NCBI GenBank assembly: GCA_965215125.1
Contig: OZ244052.1
Span: 1,408,001-1,472,000, forward strand
DNA length: 64,000 nt
DNA from: an uncultured candidatus Porisulfidus sp.
Lineage (GTDB): Bacteria > Pseudomonadota > Gammaproteobacteria > Poriferisulfidales > Oxydemutatoraceae
Direction of reading: 5' to 3'
Notes under the pieces: model-generated
What the model saw: only the letters and a program-made list of their open reading frames with translations
What the model was told of the DNA's origin: nothing
Database searches by the model: none
In this document: positions 59,204 to 64,000 of the stretch, one piece after another
Numbering within the stretch: the first letter of the stretch is position 1
Layout: the number at the start of each line of letters is the position of its first letter
Program-made: the position numbers and the translations under genes

Positions 59204-60604
59204 TTAATCTTTCCAGCCCAATAATTTATGGCTTTCCGATAAGAAGAAATCATGGTAACTATCGGGCGGGTGGTCCTTAAAGTTGCCTTGTTTATCAAAA
59301 CACAGATTGTGGACATCTACATCTTTACCTTGTGCTTCCAAATAGATCAACGAGACATCCTCCGGTTGTATGTTGCCTTTCATGATATCGATGCAGGCTC
59401 GATTAACCATGTAATCGCTGTGTGTTTCTATAATAAAAGTATGATCTTTTTGTTTTGCCAATGTAGCCAATAATGATATGAAAGCCGCTTGGGCTTTAGG
59501 ATGCAAATGTACTTCCGGCTGCTGCATTAAAAAAACATGTTTTGGCAAAATAATCTTTTTCTGTGTCAGTATGCGCACAAGCAAAGGTAGTATCTGACTG
59601 ATACCATAACCCACATCTATCAGATTCGTGGATGTCCCTTTTCTAATTTTAAGTTGTAATTGAAACGGGTCGCTTGATGAGCTACTAAATTTCCTTACTG
59701 TAATGTCGGTAAATAAGCCGGATGTTGTGCCGAAATCTTTAAGTTTTTGACATAGTTTTTTCCAATTTTCAGGTTTTTTAATGCTTAAATCTCTAAGTAT
59801 TAGAGGAATCTCGCTACCAATTGAGGTTTCAGTGTCGCTCAAAGGATCGTAGGTTCTTTGAGGTTCAGAGCGGATAGGTGCGAAACTAGAACATTGAAAG
59901 TGGAAACGTAATGACCGATAGAAATTTTTCTCCCTAATAAATTCAATAAATTGTTTTTCCTCAGGACTAAGTTCTTCTTTTTCTTCTCTAACTTCAGAAC
60001 TAAGTTCTTCTTTTTCTTCTCTAAAATGACGATATCTGAAATAACGAGTATAGTGATATATTTCACGCATTATCACATGAAAAAATGAGCGATGCTGATA
60101 TTCTTCTAAAAGGATAGTGAAAATTTTCTTGGAATTATGCTCTTCAATTTTAATTTCCAATGTTTCATTGTCTCTGGCAGTGCCGGCATTAAGAAATATT
60201 ATCTCCCCATCATCAAAAATAAAGTGAACCTTTGTTTCGACAAGGTTCGTGCCATTGACTTGTTCGCTGAAAGTAACCAGCAATTCACATTTTGATGCAT
60301 TATCTCTCTCAGGAATCAATTCAAAACCTAATTCAAATTCCTTGTTTTTGGGTCTTGCTCTTCTTGCGATATTTTCAAAGCTTCCCATTTGAAAAGGCTC
60401 TAAGTTGAAGTTTATTGAAGGTTCACCTCTAGGAAAGTAAGTACTTCTCTTGAGATGTTGCACTATCGCTTGAAAACAACCCAAAACAGTTGATTTGCCG
60501 GTGCTATTTTCTCCGACCAAAAAAGTTAATGGCCGTATATCGAATTCCTTCTTGCCTTTGAAGCAACGTACATCTTTTAGTATAAATTTATTAATTTCTA
60601 GCAT
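59204..60604 (-). CDS. ABC/AAA_15-21 type ATPase (DUF3696-like C-terminus)
   Basis: GENSTGKS, DVGYGISQILP, QQPEVHLHPKAQ, ETHSDY. Confidence 0.85.
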   Translation of the reverse strand: MLEINKFILKDVRCFKGKKEFDIRPLTFLVGENSTGKSTVLGCFQAIVQHLKRSTYFPRGEPSINFNLEPFQMGSFENIARRARPKNKEFELGFELIPERDNASKCELLVTFSEQVNGTNLVETKVHFIFDDGEIIFLNAGTARDNETLEIKIEEHNSKKIFTILLEEYQHRSFFHVIMREIYHYTRYFRYRHFREEKEELSSEVREEKEELSPEEKQFIEFIREKNFYRSLRFHFQCSSFAPIRSEPQRTYDPLSDTETSIGSEIPLILRDLSIKKPENWKKLCQKLKDFGTTSGLFTDITVRKFSSSSSDPFQLQLKIRKGTSTNLIDVGYGISQILPLLVRILTQKKIILPKHVFLMQQPEVHLHPKAQAAFISLLATLAKQKDHTFIIETHSDYMVNRACIDIMKGNIQPEDVSLIYLEAQGKDVDVHNLCFDKQGNFKDHPPDSYHDFFLSESHKLLGWKD

Positions 60605-60763
60605 TGTTATCGTTTTAGTTTGTTTGGTTTAGATTGAAAATTCGACAAGTTATCGGTTGCTTAAGTATAAGACTTATACGATAAGTGTGCAAATTATCAT
60701 GCAAATCCAACCCCATACTTCATACCCTATATTCGTGTCAACGCGATATAATACCCGAGTGCT

Positions 60764-60840
60764 CGGGGTATAGCGCAGTCTGGTAGCGCGCCTGCTTTGG
60801 GAGCAGGAAGTCAGAGGTTCGAATCCTCTTACCCCGACCA
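60764..60840 (+). tRNA. tRNA-Pro(TGG)
   Basis: CGGGGTATAGCGCAG...TTTGGGA...GTTCGAATC...CCGACCA; TATAAT at 60747. Confidence 0.96.
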
Positions 60841-60869
60841 TTTATGTATGATGATTGAAATCTGTATGT

Positions 60870-60946
60870 GCGCCTGTAGCTCATTTGGATAGAGCATCGG
60901 CCTTCTAAGCCGAGGGTAGCAGGTTCGAGTCCTGCCAGGCGCGCCA
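60870..60946 (+). tRNA. tRNA-Arg(TCT)
   Basis: GCGCCTGTAGCTCA...CTTCTAA...GTTCGAGTC...GCGCCA. Confidence 0.96.
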
Positions 60947-61009
60947 TAGAGAATTGTTGTCGTTTATGCGGGCAACTACGATGACGCAGATTATAATGGT
61001 TTTAGACAT

Positions 61010-61086
61010 GGTGGGCGTAGCTCAGTCGGTAGAGCGCAGGATTGTGGCTCCTGAGGTCGTGGGTTCAATCCCCATCGTCCACCCCA
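61010..61086 (+). tRNA. tRNA-His(GTG)
   Basis: G-1, GTGGGCGTAGCTCAG...TTGTGGC...GTTCAATC...CCCCA. Confidence 0.95.
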
Positions 61087-61123
61087 TGTCGGTATTGTTC
61101 GCTATCGTTAAGAATAGAACTAC

Positions 61124-61187
61124 CGATTGAGCCGGTAGGTCAATCGGCGGTTCTGTTGCGCCTGCCACCCCTCCGAAGGAGGGGAAT
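61124..61187. repeat. Palindromic repeat copy between convergent tRNAs
   Basis: ccgattgagccggtaggtcaatcgg and cccctccgaaggagggg hairpins. Confidence 0.8.
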
Positions 61188-61216
61188 GGTTAGTTCCTCT
61201 GAAATCGCCGGGGAAG

Positions 61217-61292
61217 TGGCTCCTCGGGACGGGCTCGAACCGCCGACCTAGTGGTTAACAGCCACCCGCTCTACCAACTGAGCTACCGAGGA
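61217..61292 (-). tRNA. tRNA-Asn(GTT)
   Basis: TCCTCGGTAGCTCAG...CTGTTAA...GTTCGAGC...GAGCCA. Confidence 0.96.
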
Positions 61293-61331
61293 ATGTCGAA
61301 TGTGGGTATTCTAACATGCCCCATTATCTTT

Positions 61332-61598
61332 TTATTCTTTGCTTTTATTTCTTAAACGATCTCTAAGATCTATAAAAGCGTTTATTGATTTCAATATGAT
61401 GTATATGACAGAAGCTAATAAACCGAGCAAACCAAGTCCGGTAATGATAGCCGAAAGAATTGGGTGTTCTAACGATGAACCGAATAGCGTTGCTAGCATG
61501 GCGAAGCCTCCTAGTATTATCAGCAATACTAGATCGGCTAAAATGTTAGTTTCTCTTGGTAATGGAAACTGTGGTTGGTTTAAGACCGCTTTTTCCAT
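61332..61598 (-). CDS. Small two-TM hypothetical protein
   Basis: 88-aa ORF with two hydrophobic helices and a basic tail. Confidence 0.55.
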   Translation of the reverse strand: MEKAVLNQPQFPLPRETNILADLVLLIILGGFAMLATLFGSSLEHPILSAIITGLGLLGLLASVIYIILKSINAFIDLRDRLRNKSKE

Positions 61599-61608
61599 AG
61601 GAAGGATA

Positions 61609-62802
61609 TTATCCGGTTAAAAATTTTCCGATTCTGTCAACGGCTTTTTGTAGTTCTTCGAGGCTCACTGCGAGAGAAAGTCTCAAGTGATTTTCTATGC
61701 CGAAGGCGATGCCCGGTACGGTGCTGACATAGCTCTGGTTTAGCAGTTGCTCGGCAAGTTCCAGGTCATCCGACACATCGGGATGGTGAGCAATAGCTAC
61801 CGAGAAATCGGCAAAGGCATAAAAGCTACCTGCAGGTGTAGGCACTGTGACTCCATCCATGTTATTCAATTCGGAAATTAGGTAGTCGCGTCTTTCGGTA
61901 AAGGCATCTCGCATCGTATGGACATCGTCCAAAGATCCCTCCAGTGCCGCTTGCGATGCTGCCTGCGAGATAGAACAGGGGTTGGAGGTGCTTTGAGATT
62001 GTATTTTTTTCATCGCAGCAATCAATTCGGCGGGGCCGGCAGTCCATCCGATTCGCCAACCGGTCATAGAATAGGCTTTGGAGACACCGTTGACGAGGAC
62101 ACATTGTGAGTAGAGTTCGGGGCATACATTGAGAATATTGCAGAATGCTTGATTGTCAAACACAAAATGTTCGTAGATATCGTCGCTACAAATAACCACT
62201 TGCGGGTGTTTGACCAATACCTCGGCGAGTGCGCTTAATTCGTCTGCATCGTAGACACTGCCCGAAGGGTTGTTCGGGCTGTTTAAGATTAGCATCTTCG
62301 TACGCTCGTTGATGTGTTGTTCTAATTGCTCGGCGGTGATTTTGAAGCCTTGCTCCGAAGTAGTTTCAACACTAACCGGCACGCCATCCGCGAGCTTGAT
62401 AATGTCGGGGTAGCTAATCCAGAAAGGGGCGGGCATGATAACTTCGTCGCCTCTGTTCAGAGTAGCTTGACATAGGTTGTAGAGGCTGTGTTTGGCTCCG
62501 CACGAAACGATGATTTGATTACTTTCATAATCCAATTTGTTGTCGCGTTTCGTTTTAGTTGCGATCGCTTCCTTGAGTTCGGCCACACCGTCGACGGCGG
62601 TGTAGCCGGTCTTATTTTGCGCAATCGCTTCGCATGCAGCTTGTTTGATATGTTCGGGTGTAGGAAAGTCGGGTTGACCTACGGCAAGGTTGGCGATGTC
62701 TTTACCCTGCAAACGCAATTTATTGGAAAGCGCAGAGATGCTGAGGGTTTTAGAAGGACTAATTTTTGAACTTCGTTCCGAAATGATTTGCATAGATTCC
62801 AT
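61609..62802 (-). CDS. Class I/II PLP-dependent aminotransferase (aspartate aminotransferase-like)
   Basis: GQPDF.TP, NSPNNPSG, DDIY, SKAYSMTGWRIG. Confidence 0.93.
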   Translation of the reverse strand: MESMQIISERSSKISPSKTLSISALSNKLRLQGKDIANLAVGQPDFPTPEHIKQAACEAIAQNKTGYTAVDGVAELKEAIATKTKRDNKLDYESNQIIVSCGAKHSLYNLCQATLNRGDEVIMPAPFWISYPDIIKLADGVPVSVETTSEQGFKITAEQLEQHINERTKMLILNSPNNPSGSVYDADELSALAEVLVKHPQVVICSDDIYEHFVFDNQAFCNILNVCPELYSQCVLVNGVSKAYSMTGWRIGWTAGPAELIAAMKKIQSQSTSNPCSISQAASQAALEGSLDDVHTMRDAFTERRDYLISELNNMDGVTVPTPAGSFYAFADFSVAIAHHPDVSDDLELAEQLLNQSYVSTVPGIAFGIENHLRLSLAVSLEELQKAVDRIGKFLTG

Positions 62803-62890
62803 GTTTAGCTTTGTGGGGAAGTGTAAAGTATAAGCTATTTTAATATCAAATAGCTATTAGTTTGCTTAAAAATCGGGGTTTTAGAATCGC

Positions 62891-64000
62891 TTAAAATAAA
62901 AACCGCAACTTCAAACGCCACACATGTATATCTCGCTCGGCATCTCCTCTGAGTGCAAAGGCTCTGGACGGGTCGATGACATTGCCGTTCGGGTCTAAGC
63001 CGATATCGTTCAAAGGGTTGCCACCGGTTCCACGATGTTCGGTTTGGGTAAAAAAGTTGAAATTCAAATCATCCATTAGCTTGATGTATTCGTAGCCTGC
63101 CAAAAATTCTATATGGTCGTTGATGCGTTTTTTAGAGCCTATATAAAAGGAGGCAGCCTCATCAAAATTGGCTGTAAATATAGGTGTACGGTCGCCTGCC
63201 ACGATATCACGTATAAAAGCACTTGTGCCTCCCGCACCGTCGGTATCTAAGTAGGAGAGCCGCGAACTTATACTCCAGTCTTGTGGTAATCTACGAGTCC
63301 AGCTTAGATTAACCCCCAATGCCTGTGATGAATCGGTACGTGCAGTGCGTTCCCTAGCCCGAGGCACATCTATGAAATTACCTGTTTGTATTTTTCCGTG
63401 TCTGGCGTGGCTTGCAAACAGTTCTGCACTCCATGTGGAATTTCCTGCGTTATAGACAAAATATGGATTGAACGCGTGCAGTGGCGCGTAGTTCCTTTCT
63501 TCTACCGGGAAATAGGCAAGACCGTAACGCAAATAAGACATATTAATGCCGAGTTGCCACCATTGATCCTGCCGGGTTTCGGTGCGGTAGCTAATGCCGC
63601 CGAATATGTTAGGACCTTGTGGTCTGCTGTAGCTACTACGGTAGCTAAAGAAAGGATTGTACGGGTCGCGCGTATAAGCGAGGTGGTAGGAGAACGAACC
63701 TGTATTGTATTTCGGGCCGTCGCCGTACCAATAGATTCCATGCCTGCGGGTGCCTATGCCAAGGGGATTACAAACATAACCTGTCGGCCGTCCGGTGCCA
63801 TCATCCCAATAGGTATAGCCGCTGAAATAATAGGTTGCAATAGACCGCTCGACCACGGGCAGTGTATCTAAGGCAGCAATTTTTTCCAGCCCGAAAGGTG
63901 CTTTGTCATACCCTACTCTTAAAGTTCCGTGTTGAAACTCGGATTCTATAAAGAGCCTATCCACATATTCAAGCCGCTGACCGTACCCGTTATTACGACG
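62891..64000 (-). CDS. Outer-membrane beta-barrel protein, partial (continues past window end)
   Basis: Alternating amphipathic strands rich in Tyr/Gly; C-terminal LKLRFLF. Confidence 0.6.
   Translation of the reverse strand, partial: RRNNGYGQRLEYVDRLFIESEFQHGTLRVGYDKAPFGLEKIAALDTLPVVERSIATYYFSGYTYWDDGTGRPTGYVCNPLGIGTRRHGIYWYGDGPKYNTGSFSYHLAYTRDPYNPFFSYRSSYSRPQGPNIFGGISYRTETRQDQWWQLGINMSYLRYGLAYFPVEERNYAPLHAFNPYFVYNAGNSTWSAELFASHARHGKIQTGNFIDVPRARERTARTDSSQALGVNLSWTRRLPQDWSISSRLSYLDTDGAGGTSAFIRDIVAGDRTPIFTANFDEAASFYIGSKKRINDHIEFLAGYEYIKLMDDLNFNFFTQTEHRGTGGNPLNDIGLDPNGNVIDPSRAFALRGDAERDIHVWRLKLRFLF

Noticed and set aside
60764-61292. tRNA cluster as the integration site of the T4SS region
   Set aside because: The region lies on the 5' side of tRNA-Pro/Arg/His; I found no duplicated tRNA 3' end near 43.3 kb and no integrase

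Overview
Chromosomal window from a gammaproteobacterium, possibly a sulfur-oxidiser or host-associated lineage (inferred from a CbiA/DsrN-like amidase, heavy IS/repeat load and a GLUG-type surface gene). 1-18 kb is mostly housekeeping (acyl-CoA ligase, desaturase, rpmB/rpmG, bioB/bioF, rpmE, nucleases, tRNA-Ile2, rpoD, hemL) disturbed by IS481 and IS3 insertions. 18-39 kb is an accessory/defence region: NucS-like nuclease, two IS110, three tandem Rpn nucleases, IS1380, DUF1828, an orphan IetA-like ATPase, TPR-DUF2971, and an SspBCD+DUF262 phosphorothioation-like system. After GT9, an S8 protease and fmt-def comes a compact MPF-G (ICEHin1056/pKLC102-type) type IV secretion cluster (43.6-58.0 kb) with no coupling protein, relaxase or integrase visible in the window. 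It is preceded by 21-bp-phased AlgR-like boxes and followed by a PBECR-like nuclease with a convergent structured small-RNA candidate, then an ATPase+PIN pair, four tRNAs, an aminotransferase and a partial outer-membrane protein. A composite palindromic repeat family occupies many intergenic regions and is itself targeted by mobile elements. All family assignments are from motif recognition by eye; no searches were run.
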